A stretch of 64,000 nucleotides of DNA from Candidatus Sericytochromatia bacterium (GCA_036676495.1 JAKFCT010000067.1:1-64000); one strand, 5' to 3'. Shown: positions 21,867 to 30,887, numbered from the stretch's first letter. A program made the numbers and translations. The notes: a model not told the origin generated them from the letters alone.

Positions 21867-21867
21867 C
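21825..21867 (+). repeat. attL core (43-bp direct repeat)
   Basis: ctgttaatcactaggtcgctggttcgagtccagcacgcggagc, identical to 37725-37767. Confidence 0.95.
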
Positions 21868-21876
21868 TAGAATTGA

Positions 21877-21919
21877 CGAGGGTCTCGGGGAATCCCCGAG
21901 ACCCTCGCTCTTTGCTTTT
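21877..21919 (+). terminator. Terminator after tRNA-Asn
   Basis: cgagggtctcgggga-a-tccccgagaccctcg followed by a T-rich tract. Confidence 0.75.
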
Positions 21920-22014
21920 CGGCTCTTGCATCTTTTGCTTTACTTGCTCGCTTTACTCGACTGCGCCCCGTTTCCCGATGATCGGGAAACGGGGCGCATA
22001 TTTCGTAGGGGCGA

Positions 22015-22057
22015 AATCACAAGGTCGCTGGTTCGGATCCAGCACACGGTACTAGAA
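22015..22057 (+). repeat. Degenerate copy of tRNA-Asn 3' half (att scar) followed by its own terminator
   Basis: 37/43 identity to 21830-21872 by manual alignment; hairpin plus T tract at 22056-22098. Confidence 0.85.
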
Positions 22058-22151
22058 GGCAGAGGGGGCTCGAAACCCCCGAGCCCCCTCTGCCTTTTGC
22101 CTCTCGGCTTGACTACTTCTGCAGTTCTTGAATGCCGGCAGGAATTCCTAC

Positions 22152-23102
22152 CTACCCCTCGCCCGACACCTCCCTAAGCGGGAGATTCTGGAGCAATGTA
22201 CTGTCATCCAGTAGGCGATATAGAACGCTTGCTAACGCCAGCCACTCCAAGGCTCGCTGAGGATCGGTTGTGGCTTCAAGCCGGTGGGCCTTAGCATTCC
22301 GAAGCCCCATTACCATCCCCTTGAACATCCAGCCAAACCCAGTCTGTTCGTCTGGGTTGTCGGAGACCTTCAACAATGGCTGCTCACCGAGGAAGGCGGC
22401 GTTCATCAACTTGTCACCATCTAGCGCAACTCCAGTCCTAGCGTCCCTCGGCGTACCCGCCCGATCTCGGACCCGGGTTACCAGGTCAATGCAGGTAGAG
22501 AGGATGGCAGCATGGAGGTGCCCCTGGCCAAAAAGAGTTCCGGCGACTTCAATCACCCGGGGATGAAGTCCGTCCATCTGCAGCGAAGGCGCCATTTGGG
22601 TAGTCATAGGAATTTGATCGGCTTGCATCAGGTGCTCCAATCCCGCGTCTACAAGCGCTTCCTCCAGGTTAATTTCAGCAAGAGCATCCTTTTGGTTCCA
22701 ACTCTGAATCTCTGAAATCCGCTCATTGAATGCCTTCAGGACTGGCGACGAAAGCACGCCCTTCTTTTGAAGCATTCGGTCTTTCTCACGCTTGACCTTC
22801 TCAACAGCCAAGAAGCCCGCAATCTTGAGGAATGCAAGGCTTCTCCAGGACATACCTGCATCCTCGATGATCGCTCGATCATCTTTGAAGTTCTCAAGCT
22901 GTTCGTCGCCATACCGGACCATGTTCTCTACCCACCCGATATCTTCCTCGACTTCACGGGATGCTCTGCCGATTGCTAGCTGCACATCCCGGATCTCGAC
23001 TAAATGGGCAAGCAGGTCCCTCAGACCCTCGTTGAAGACCGCATACTTGTAGCGATAGAGGGCAAAGCCCAGGCTACCTGCGCGATTTCTTAGTACCGCC
23101 AT
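22152..23102 (-). CDS. TIGR02391 (Ymh-like) domain protein
   Basis: C-terminal LHPRV...GDKLMNAAF...EQTGF..MFKG....RNAKAH...ALEWLALAS. Alternative TTG start at 23132. Confidence 0.8.
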   Translation of the reverse strand: MAVLRNRAGSLGFALYRYKYAVFNEGLRDLLAHLVEIRDVQLAIGRASREVEEDIGWVENMVRYGDEQLENFKDDRAIIEDAGMSWRSLAFLKIAGFLAVEKVKREKDRMLQKKGVLSSPVLKAFNERISEIQSWNQKDALAEINLEEALVDAGLEHLMQADQIPMTTQMAPSLQMDGLHPRVIEVAGTLFGQGHLHAAILSTCIDLVTRVRDRAGTPRDARTGVALDGDKLMNAAFLGEQPLLKVSDNPDEQTGFGWMFKGMVMGLRNAKAHRLEATTDPQRALEWLALASVLYRLLDDSTLLQNLPLREVSGEG

Positions 23103-23133
23103 CCTCACACTCCACTTGATGTTCCTACTCAAT

Positions 23134-23163
23134 TATAGCGCTTGCTACTATAGCGCTTTCTAC
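23134..23163. promoter_or_regulatory. Tandem 15-bp direct repeat in divergent promoter region
   Basis: tatagcgcttgctac followed by tatagcgctttctac. Confidence 0.55.
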
Positions 23164-23240
23164 GTTTACAGGCACATGGCAAAGGTAGGACCAACCTGTG
23201 TAGGGGGAGAGAGCGAATTCATGTAAACAAAGGAGGCACT

Positions 23241-24344
23241 ATGATTTCCACAGACCTTCTAACGGTTGCCGAGGTCGCAGCCGACCTTCGGATCCACCCC
23301 GTCACGGTTCAGAAGTTCTGCCGCGAGGGCAAGTTGCCCTGCTCCAGGGTGGGGCGGAGCTACCGCATCCCCAGGGCGGCATTCGAGGAGTTCAAGCGGA
23401 GGTCCGAAGCCGGGCCAACGGCGACGAATATCAAGCCAACGCTAGAGCCTGAGTTGTCGGCGCTCGTCACCGCCTGGCTGCACGACATGGAGCACGGCCC
23501 CAGGCCCTGCTCCCTGGAGACAGTCAAAACCCACCGCCGCCACATGCACCGCTACGTCCAGGCCCTGCACGGAGACGATCCGAACGCCCGCGTCACCTAC
23601 CGGCAAGCCGCCTCGGAGACGGCGCTGCTCCGGGTGATGACGAGCATCCCCGTGGCGAAGTTCGCCACGCGTTATAACCTCTTCATGGCCGTGCTGAGCT
23701 TCTCCCGGTTCCTGGTGGGCCGGGGGCTGCTCGATGAGGCTGAGCGCGCGAGGATGAAGCGCCACAAGCCAAAGCGACTGACGCCACCAAAGAGGACGGT
23801 CCTCAGCTCGATGGACGAGGTCAACCGCTTCTTCGAGGCACTTTGGCAATCCGAGGCCCACACGACTTACGAGAAGACGCTGAACGCGGCGGCCATCGGG
23901 ACAATGGTCTTCGCGGGCCTCCGGGCCTCCGAGGTCGCCAACCTTGAGGTAGGGAACGTGGACCTCGCGAACCGCCTGATCCACGTCCACGCGGGGAAGG
24001 GCGGGAAGTCGAGGATCGTAGGCCTGAATCCCCGGCTCCAGGAGTCCATCGAGGCCTACCTGAGGGTCCGGCCGGTAGCGGCTTCACCCGAGCTGTTCCT
24101 GAGCGATCGGGGGGCTCCCCTCGACCGCGACAGGCTGAACAAGCGGGTCCGGCGCATCGCTAACAGGGCGGGGCTCGACGTGTCGTGCCATGGGCTGCGG
24201 AGGGCCTTCGGTACCATCAACGCCAACGCGGGGAAGAGCCTGAACCTCATCCAGCTCGCCCTAGGGCACAGCTCGCTGACCACCACACAGGCCTACCTGA
24301 TGGCCGACCAGCGCACTGCGGCCCAGGCAATGCAGGGGTGGTAG
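23241..24344 (+). CDS. Tyrosine integrase with N-terminal excisionase-type (HTH_17/MerR-like) domain
   Basis: N-terminal LLTVAEVAADLRIHPVTVQKFCREGKLPCSRVGRSYRIP; catalytic GLRASE, GKGGK, HGLRR, LGH and TQAY; RBS AAGGAGG. Confidence 0.93.
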   Translation: MISTDLLTVAEVAADLRIHPVTVQKFCREGKLPCSRVGRSYRIPRAAFEEFKRRSEAGPTATNIKPTLEPELSALVTAWLHDMEHGPRPCSLETVKTHRRHMHRYVQALHGDDPNARVTYRQAASETALLRVMTSIPVAKFATRYNLFMAVLSFSRFLVGRGLLDEAERARMKRHKPKRLTPPKRTVLSSMDEVNRFFEALWQSEAHTTYEKTLNAAAIGTMVFAGLRASEVANLEVGNVDLANRLIHVHAGKGGKSRIVGLNPRLQESIEAYLRVRPVAASPELFLSDRGAPLDRDRLNKRVRRIANRAGLDVSCHGLRRAFGTINANAGKSLNLIQLALGHSSLTTTQAYLMADQRTAAQAMQGW

Positions 24345-24350
24345 CTCTCT

Positions 24351-24386
24351 GCGCGGCGCCAGAACCAGTGGCGCCGCCTTTTTTTC
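24351..24386 (+). terminator. Terminator after integrase
   Basis: gcggcgcca...tggcgccgc followed by a T run. Confidence 0.7.
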
Positions 24387-24509
24387 AAGCATCAGCCAAC
24401 TAACATGACCCAGACCCCGACTTTCAGAATGTCATGTAGAATTGACATCAACAAGATAACTTCGGCAACTTCACGAACCAACATCCACTAGCCCACGGGA
24501 GAAGCAGTA

Positions 24510-26168
24510 ATGACAAGCACCCCCCTGTTGCTCGTAGCCATAGTTTTAGCCCTCTGCCTAGCGGTAGTTGGATTCCTCGCCTTTCGTTGGCGGCGAGAGG
24601 TTGAGCGACTCATACAGCGCTACGCGGCGGTTGAGGATGTAGACGCTGAACGCCTGAGGGTGCTTGGCGAGATCGATAAACTCAAAGCCGAAATGGCTCG
24701 TTTCGAAGGGGACTACCAGCAGCGAAAAAACGAGCTAGTCGCTGATGCTGACGCCGAACGTCAGAGGATTCTAAGTGAGATTGATGCCTTCCAAGGCGAG
24801 ATGGCCCGTTTCGAGCGGGAGTACCAGAAGAGGAAAGACGAACTGGTCTCCGACGCTACGGCCGAGCGCCAGAAGATCCGCAAGGATGTCGATTCCCTGC
24901 AGGCTGAGATCTCAAAGCTCGACACTGACTTCTACAAGAAGAAGCAGGGGCTGACCCAGAAATACGACAAAGCGACGCGAAAGTACGAGAGGCTCCTGAA
25001 AGAGATCAACACCCTTGAGGAGTCCCTTGAGATGATGGACTTTGGCGTGTACCGCCCCCACTATGACTACACCACCTCTGAGCAGTACAAGCAGGCGCTC
25101 GAAGCCCTCCGTGAACGTGAGAAGAAGCTAATCCGAGACGAGCGCGCCGTTATCTGCCGCACGGAGTGGTCGGTCGGGGGGAGCAAGGCCGAGGGCCGGA
25201 AGATGACCAAGCAGACCCACAAGCTGATGCTGCGAGCCTTCAATGGCGAGTGCGACGCCGCGCTCGCCAAGGTCAGGTGGGACAACATCCTCAAGATGGA
25301 GGAGCGCATGCGCAAGTCCGTCGAGGCAATCAACAAGTCGGCCGAGGTCAACCAGAGCTACATAAGCGAGGAATTCGTCCGACTGAAAATCGACGAACTC
25401 CGCCTCACCCACGAATACCAGGAGAAGATCCAGGAGGAGAAGGAGGAGCAGAAGCGCATCCAAGAGCAGATTCGGGAAGAGCAGCGGGCCGCGCGGGAGT
25501 TCAAGAGGGCGCAGGAAGAGGCCGAGAAGGAAGAAGCCCGGTATGAGAAGGCCTTGGCGAAGGCGCGCGAGGACCTCCAGAAGGCCTCCGGAGCCAAGGT
25601 CGACGCACTTTCTGAGAAGATAGCCCAGCTAGAGGAGGCCCTGGCCAAGGCCGAGGAGAACAAGCAGAGAGCCATTTCGATGGCTCAGATGACCAAGGCC
25701 GGGCACGTCTACATCATCTCCAACATCGGGTCCTTCGGTGAGGACGTGTTCAAGATCGGCATGACTCGTCGTCTGGAGCCGATGGACCGGGTGAAGGAGC
25801 TCGGGGACGCCTCGGTGCCCTTCGAGTTCGACGTACACGCGATGATCTACTCCGAGAATGCCCCCGACCTAGAACGGCGCCTCCACAGCGAATTCGCTGA
25901 ACTGCGAGTCAACCTCGTGAACCCGCGAAAGGAGTTCTTCCACGTATCCCTAGCCAACATTGAGAAGTGGGCTCAACGAGAAAATTTCCCCATCACGTTG
26001 ACCAAGGTCGCAGAAGCCAGGGCATATCGCGAATCGCTAGAAATCCGTAAGAACGGACAAGCTAAGACGGTCGGCGATGAGTTCGCACACCAGGTCCCCA
26101 ACCTCTTCGATGATGAAGACGACGGCCAAGAAGTTCTGACCGGAAAAGCCGGTAAGCAGTCCGCGTAG
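24510..26168 (+). CDS. TM + coiled coil + DUF4041 + T5orf172/GIY-YIG protein (SNIPE/PD-lambda-1-like)
   Basis: N-terminal TM; KLMLRAFNGECD; GHVYIISNIGSFGEDVFKIGMTRRLEPMDRVKELGDASVPFEFDVHA; RVNLVNPRKEFF. Confidence 0.9.
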   Translation: MTSTPLLLVAIVLALCLAVVGFLAFRWRREVERLIQRYAAVEDVDAERLRVLGEIDKLKAEMARFEGDYQQRKNELVADADAERQRILSEIDAFQGEMARFEREYQKRKDELVSDATAERQKIRKDVDSLQAEISKLDTDFYKKKQGLTQKYDKATRKYERLLKEINTLEESLEMMDFGVYRPHYDYTTSEQYKQALEALREREKKLIRDERAVICRTEWSVGGSKAEGRKMTKQTHKLMLRAFNGECDAALAKVRWDNILKMEERMRKSVEAINKSAEVNQSYISEEFVRLKIDELRLTHEYQEKIQEEKEEQKRIQEQIREEQRAAREFKRAQEEAEKEEARYEKALAKAREDLQKASGAKVDALSEKIAQLEEALAKAEENKQRAISMAQMTKAGHVYIISNIGSFGEDVFKIGMTRRLEPMDRVKELGDASVPFEFDVHAMIYSENAPDLERRLHSEFAELRVNLVNPRKEFFHVSLANIEKWAQRENFPITLTKVAEARAYRESLEIRKNGQAKTVGDEFAHQVPNLFDDEDDGQEVLTGKAGKQSA

Positions 26169-26195
26169 TCATAATCTATAGAATTGTCGCTCCAT

Positions 26196-26283
26196 AGGAT
26201 CGTTGGCCTGCCCTCATGGATCCAGGAGTCCATCGAGGCCTACCTGAAGACAGACCAGCGGACCGCCGCCCAAGCAATGCAGG
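26196..26283 (+). pseudogene. Internally deleted remnant of the integrase 3' end
   Basis: RIVGLPSWIQESIEAYLKTDQRTAAQAMQ matches integrase RIVGLNPRLQESIEAYL joined to ADQRTAAQAMQ. Confidence 0.85.
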
Positions 26284-26292
26284 AACGGCGAC

Positions 26293-26333
26293 AAAAAAGT
26301 CAGGCTCTCGTCGATGGAGAGCCTGACTTTTTT
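26293..26333. terminator. Bidirectional terminator
   Basis: aaaaaagtcaggctctc...gagagcctgactttttt. Confidence 0.75.
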
Positions 26334-26587
26334 CGATCCAAGGAGCAAAATCCCCCAGTAGGGAGCGCCCGATGGAGCAAACCCACGATCGCCAACGGCC
26401 CAAATATCCAGCATTCCTGGGTTACAAGAACTCCTCCGGGAGCCGAGGAGCCACGGGATCAGGCGGTTCCCGTGTCGTCCTGAATGCGGTTCCCCTGAAG
26501 AAGTCGGCTCCACGGTGGAACTCGATCCTCGAAAAATGAGGCCTAAAACCAGCGCCACATCAGGGTTGTAGTCTCTTTTCACCCCCC

Positions 26588-27319
26588 CTAATCCACATCG
26601 AAGAGAACTTCGATACCTTCCTCCATCCCGTTCCTGATTCCCTCGCTGAGTCGCTCGTTGGGGTCGTCCCTCTTCCACTCCTCGCGCATGCGCCAGACGG
26701 CGAAGTTCCCGTGGCCCTCCCTGCGGATGTTCCCGTCGGAGCGCCTCAGGGCCTCGTCCATCGCCACCCTGGCCGGAGGCCGCCCTTGGAGGCGTTTCGC
26801 CAGGTCGCCCTCCAGCTCGACCTCGTATGCCATGCCGCCCCGCCACGCGAGGGCCAGGGCCACCGCGAGCATCCGCCCGAGGTCGGCCTCACCGGGCCTC
26901 TCCCACGGAGCCGGGAAGCAGATGCCCCGGACCCTAGCGGCGGACGGGCACGGGAAGGGCGGGGAGGGGCGCTCCGGCGACGAGGAGAGGGCGGCCCGAA
27001 CCTCGCCCACGGTTACGAAGCTGTCCCCGGAGAGCCCGGGGATGCCGCTTGGGAGGGCCCCGGCGAGGCATGGGAGCGACAGGAGCCACCCCGCCCTGCC
27101 GTCGCGGATGCGGCCGGGGTGCCTGGACGCGTCCACCTTCATGGTCGCGAACTGGCCGGTGTGGAGGTCCAGGACTTCGAGAGTTTCGCCGTCCGAGGTC
27201 AGTTGGACACCATGGACGACCTCGACCCCCACGGTCGCGGGCGCAGGCTTCTTTCTCGGTTTGCTTTGCACTGTGATCGCCTTTCTTGTCACGTCTTTCC
27301 GGCGCCGGGAGCGAGCCAT
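26588..27319 (-). CDS. Hypothetical protein (element backbone)
   Basis: Open frame co-oriented with and downstream of the NTPase gene; start uncertain; no recognised motif. Confidence 0.45.
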   Translation of the reverse strand: MARSRRRKDVTRKAITVQSKPRKKPAPATVGVEVVHGVQLTSDGETLEVLDLHTGQFATMKVDASRHPGRIRDGRAGWLLSLPCLAGALPSGIPGLSGDSFVTVGEVRAALSSSPERPSPPFPCPSAARVRGICFPAPWERPGEADLGRMLAVALALAWRGGMAYEVELEGDLAKRLQGRPPARVAMDEALRRSDGNIRREGHGNFAVWRMREEWKRDDPNERLSEGIRNGMEEGIEVLFDVD

Positions 27320-27425
27320 CGGCGACGGGAGACGGGGATCGAACCCCTTGCGGCGCGCTGCTGAGGGCCTCGCAGGAGCTCGGTCCGGCCCCCGCGCCCA
27401 GGAGGGCGGGAGCCGTGGGAGCGGC

Positions 27426-29696
27426 CTAGGACCCAACCGAGGGGAAGCGCTCGCGGAGCATCCGCAGGGCGGCCCCGGGGTCCGGCAGCTGGACGGCGTT
27501 GGCCTTGTTGAAGCGACTGGAGAGCCTAACGTCCAGGCCCAGCGCCTTGCAGAACGCCTTGATGCGTTTGTTCATCGCGTGGTTGCCCCTCCTGCCGGGG
27601 GCCGGGGGGGCCCCTTCGAGGTGCTCAACGGCCAGGTTGCAGACGTGCTGGAGGGGGATCTCGGTGGCCTCGCCGCCCCGGTCCTCGATGGCCCGGGTGA
27701 GGCCCACGACGATCGCCTCGGTCTCGTCATCCAAACCCTGGGGCCCGATCGTTGCCTCGGCCTCCTCGCGCAGGGCCTCGAACATCTCCTCGCCCCCGAG
27801 GTGCTTGGCGACCGCGAGCAGCAGCCTCCAGAGGTCCGCGTGGCGGTTGGCCCCGACGGCCAGCGAGGGGTCGTGCAGGAAGGCGTTCCTGATGTCCATC
27901 CAGTTCCGTCCGGCCCAGAGGAGGAGCTGCCCCCGGAGCCACTGCCACTTTTCGAACTTCATCCCCACCTTGTTGAGGGCCCTGGGGTCCCCGGGGGGCA
28001 TCGGGCGCATCTCGATCACGATGGAGCGGGACCGGAGGGTCCGGGTCAGGCCCGAGAGGTTGGCGATGACCGTCGGTCCGAAGAGCCTGAAATACCGCAC
28101 CTTCTGCCCCTTCTCCACGAGGGGGTAGAAGGATTCCGAGCTATGGCGCGAGTTCAGAACCTCGATGATGTCGTCCTCGCTGCCGCCCGCGAGGTTCTCC
28201 TGCTCGTCCAGAAGGATCGTGCATCGGAGCGCGTCGGCCGTCCGGATGATCGAGGCCCGGCGGCTCTTGGAGGTCAGGATCGCGTTGAAGGCAAGACGAC
28301 TCAGGATCTCCATGAGCGTCGTCTTGCCGGAGTCCGGGGCAATCGAGTGCAGGGCGAGGAAGGGCACGCGGCGGGCGAGCGCGAAGACGTAGGTCATGGC
28401 GACGTAGGCCACGACGATCTGCGCGTGGACCGGCTTCTCGAACGCGACGTACTGCCCGACCACCGAGGCGATCCGATCCGCGAGGTCGGGGACCGGATCC
28501 TCCCCAGCGGCGAAGGCGTCCAGCCCCGCGTTGCTCCAACGGTACTCGCCCACGGGATCCGGCCAATCGATCATGCGGGCGGGGGTAAGCTCGGGCGGCA
28601 GCTCCTCGTCGTCGTACACGCTGATGCCGTCGCTCGTCACAGTCCGCGTGACGGCCACCTGGTTGACGATCTTTCGGCCCCTCGCATCCTTCTTGGGGTC
28701 GCCGGTCTTGGGATCGATCTCGGGGCGGGACTCCAGGAACGCGGTGGAGACGATCATGCGCTCTTCGTCGAAGCTCTGGCTCAGGTCCACGAGGCGAACC
28801 GACTCAGGGGCGTAGTCATCCCGGGGGCCCTTCAGGCGCTTGTGGTCCTCGGCGACCGCCCGGGCGAGGTCGTCGGGGAGCAGTGCCAGATCGCCAACAT
28901 TGCGCGCCCTGGCGAGAAAGGCGTCTCGATCGGGTTCCATCACCGCGTGGAGGGCGTCGTGGTTCCTACTGAAGATGTGGGTCAGGTTGTCGAGCCTGTT
29001 GTCGCCGCCGCTTCCGTTTCGGTGATGCTCTTCGTGGGAGGCCTCGAACACCCGGTAGCTCACGCCGTCCCCAACGACCGCCACGAGTTTGTGGAGCGCG
29101 GTGCTGTAGCTGGCGCTGTCGGGGAGCTTGCCTGCGCAGAGCTCAGCGAGCTCCGGAATCGCCAGGACCTTGGTGGTCGTAACTTGGAGGTAGTGGGTCC
29201 GCTTACCCCGCATGACACCGACCGGGATCATGCCGAGCGGCCAACCATTGCGCGCGACCAGCAGGGTGAGATCCAGGCTTTCGGACCAGCGCAGCCACAG
29301 CGAGATCCCGCTAGGCTCGTCGGCACACAAGAAGCCGGTGTGGATCCAGAATCGGTCGGACTCAAGGCCCGCGATGGAGAGGGCCTTGGCGAGGCTCCTG
29401 AGGCTTACGAGCGATGCCCACCGGGTCAGCTTCCCCTCAAGGCGCTTGGCGATCGTCGGGTGGTTCGTAAAGACCTCGGGCGCCGCGAGCGTCGTCGAAA
29501 GGTCACCGGGGCGCCCCTCGGTCACGATCTCGAAGGACCACTCCTCGTAGCCTTCGGCGACGACAGTGGCGGTAGATTCGCCGTCCAAGGTGATCGTGAG
29601 GGCATCCGACTCGTAAACGGGAATCGAGGCCCACTGGTCGGCCCCATCCCCACCGGCGGTGGGCTGATGCCCCACGCCGTCCTTTACTTCATCCAT
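27426..29696 (-). CDS. DUF3631-like P-loop NTPase (putative replication protein) with HNH-like motif
   Basis: Walker A APDSGKTT, Walker B ILLDE, IIEVLNS, LRSRSIVIEM and NRHADLWRLL; HHRNG..GDNRLDNL upstream. ATG 29696 after AAAGGAAG. Confidence 0.75.
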   Translation of the reverse strand: MDEVKDGVGHQPTAGGDGADQWASIPVYESDALTITLDGESTATVVAEGYEEWSFEIVTEGRPGDLSTTLAAPEVFTNHPTIAKRLEGKLTRWASLVSLRSLAKALSIAGLESDRFWIHTGFLCADEPSGISLWLRWSESLDLTLLVARNGWPLGMIPVGVMRGKRTHYLQVTTTKVLAIPELAELCAGKLPDSASYSTALHKLVAVVGDGVSYRVFEASHEEHHRNGSGGDNRLDNLTHIFSRNHDALHAVMEPDRDAFLARARNVGDLALLPDDLARAVAEDHKRLKGPRDDYAPESVRLVDLSQSFDEERMIVSTAFLESRPEIDPKTGDPKKDARGRKIVNQVAVTRTVTSDGISVYDDEELPPELTPARMIDWPDPVGEYRWSNAGLDAFAAGEDPVPDLADRIASVVGQYVAFEKPVHAQIVVAYVAMTYVFALARRVPFLALHSIAPDSGKTTLMEILSRLAFNAILTSKSRRASIIRTADALRCTILLDEQENLAGGSEDDIIEVLNSRHSSESFYPLVEKGQKVRYFRLFGPTVIANLSGLTRTLRSRSIVIEMRPMPPGDPRALNKVGMKFEKWQWLRGQLLLWAGRNWMDIRNAFLHDPSLAVGANRHADLWRLLLAVAKHLGGEEMFEALREEAEATIGPQGLDDETEAIVVGLTRAIEDRGGEATEIPLQHVCNLAVEHLEGAPPAPGRRGNHAMNKRIKAFCKALGLDVRLSSRFNKANAVQLPDPGAALRMLRERFPSVGS

Positions 29697-29760
29697 TCTT
29701 GTTTCTTCCTTTCTATGGTGACGCCCGGGCGACCGGAAAGCCGTCCGGGTGTTGTGATTG

Positions 29761-30048
29761 CTACGAATTCCGCAGGAGGTCGAGAAGCTCCTCGACCGGG
29801 AAGTCACCGGCGCTGAGCTCGCCGCCCGAGACGGCCCCCGCCAACCTGGCGGCGATGGTGGTGTGATCCAGGGCGTCGGCGGAGACCACCAGCTCCGGCG
29901 GGGCGGGGATCCAGCTCGTCCAGGTCTCGTACGTCTGAGGCGGCTGTCCCTCGGCCTCGACAACCAGGGCATCGCCAGAGAGCGAGAGCCTGAGCCCATC
30001 GCGGTTGAAGATCGTCCGATCCTTTCGGTTCTCGTCGTTTCCGGCCAT
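29761..30048 (-). CDS. Small hypothetical protein
   Basis: ATG with AGGA RBS, within a minus-strand gene run. Confidence 0.6.
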   Translation of the reverse strand: MAGNDENRKDRTIFNRDGLRLSLSGDALVVEAEGQPPQTYETWTSWIPAPPELVVSADALDHTTIAARLAGAVSGGELSAGDFPVEELLDLLRNS

Positions 30049-30203
30049 TCGTGTATTCCTACCTATTGCTTACTGCTCCGGGCCGCCGCTCGGCGGTCCT
30101 GGCAGGATTCGCGTGCTATTCGTCCCGGCTCGCGAACGCAGTGCCGAGGCTCAGCTTGTTGCGGTAGACGCCGGGCCCCGGATCCCCGAGGCCCGGGAGC
30201 GCG

Positions 30204-30524
30204 CTATTCAGCCCTGAAGGCTGCCTTCAGGGCCTCGACCGTGACGACCTCCACACCGCGCTCGACAAGATTGAAGCTGCAACCCGCCAGCCACTTCTCG
30301 ACGTCCCAGCCAGTGGAAGGAAACCGCATGACCGCAGCAAGGGGGGTGACGAGCATGCCCGGCGCGGCCTCGTTGCTGATCCACGCGGAGGTCTCAAGCT
30401 CGCAGCTCCCCGCGTCGAGGATGGCGAGAACGCCGTCGTAATAGCCGATCACGTATCCGGCCTCGTCAAAGAGGACCTGGTAGGGGTAGTCGCTGGTGAA
30501 TCCGTAGAAATCAGGGTCCTTCAC
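30204..30524 (-). CDS. Small hypothetical protein
   Basis: GTG start with GGAGG RBS, 3 bp from the upstream gene. Confidence 0.6.
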   Translation of the reverse strand: MKDPDFYGFTSDYPYQVLFDEAGYVIGYYDGVLAILDAGSCELETSAWISNEAAPGMLVTPLAAVMRFPSTGWDVEKWLAGCSFNLVERGVEVVTVEALKAAFRAE

Positions 30525-30527
30525 TGG

Positions 30528-30887
30528 CTACCTCCGATCTGCGAACTCGATGGCGAGGCCCACGAGCTCGTCGAAGAAGGCATCGAGCCTCGGCAAGGCC
30601 TCCGCCAGGTTCCGGGCCTGGTCGCGGATCCCGCCCGCGTCTCGCGCGGCCCTGATCAGGTACCGCATCGGCGATTCGCCCTGCGCGACGGCCCTGTCCG
30701 CATCGTCAAGGTGGCACCGGGTACTGTCGAGCATCCCGAGGTAGCCGATCTCGCCAAGGCGTCCCTCCAGGGTCTGCGCGTCGAAGATGAGGCCGCTCAA
30801 GTGGCTCTCGGGAGTCCTGGGGCCGATACTGAGGCAGCCGGGCTCGCTGACCGTCTCCGGGGGCTTCTTGGTCTGTTTCTTGGACAT
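30528..30887 (-). CDS. Small hypothetical protein
   Basis: ATG 30887 after AAAGGA; helical composition. Confidence 0.55.
   Translation of the reverse strand: MSKKQTKKPPETVSEPGCLSIGPRTPESHLSGLIFDAQTLEGRLGEIGYLGMLDSTRCHLDDADRAVAQGESPMRYLIRAARDAGGIRDQARNLAEALPRLDAFFDELVGLAIEFADRR

Noticed and set aside
21985-22057. Second tRNA gene
   Set aside because: Only the 3' half is tRNA-like. There is no D arm or matching acceptor stem, so it is treated as an att scar.
26658-29816. 1052-aa plus-strand ORF
   Set aside because: Antisense shadow of the NTPase gene in high-GC DNA; no motifs.
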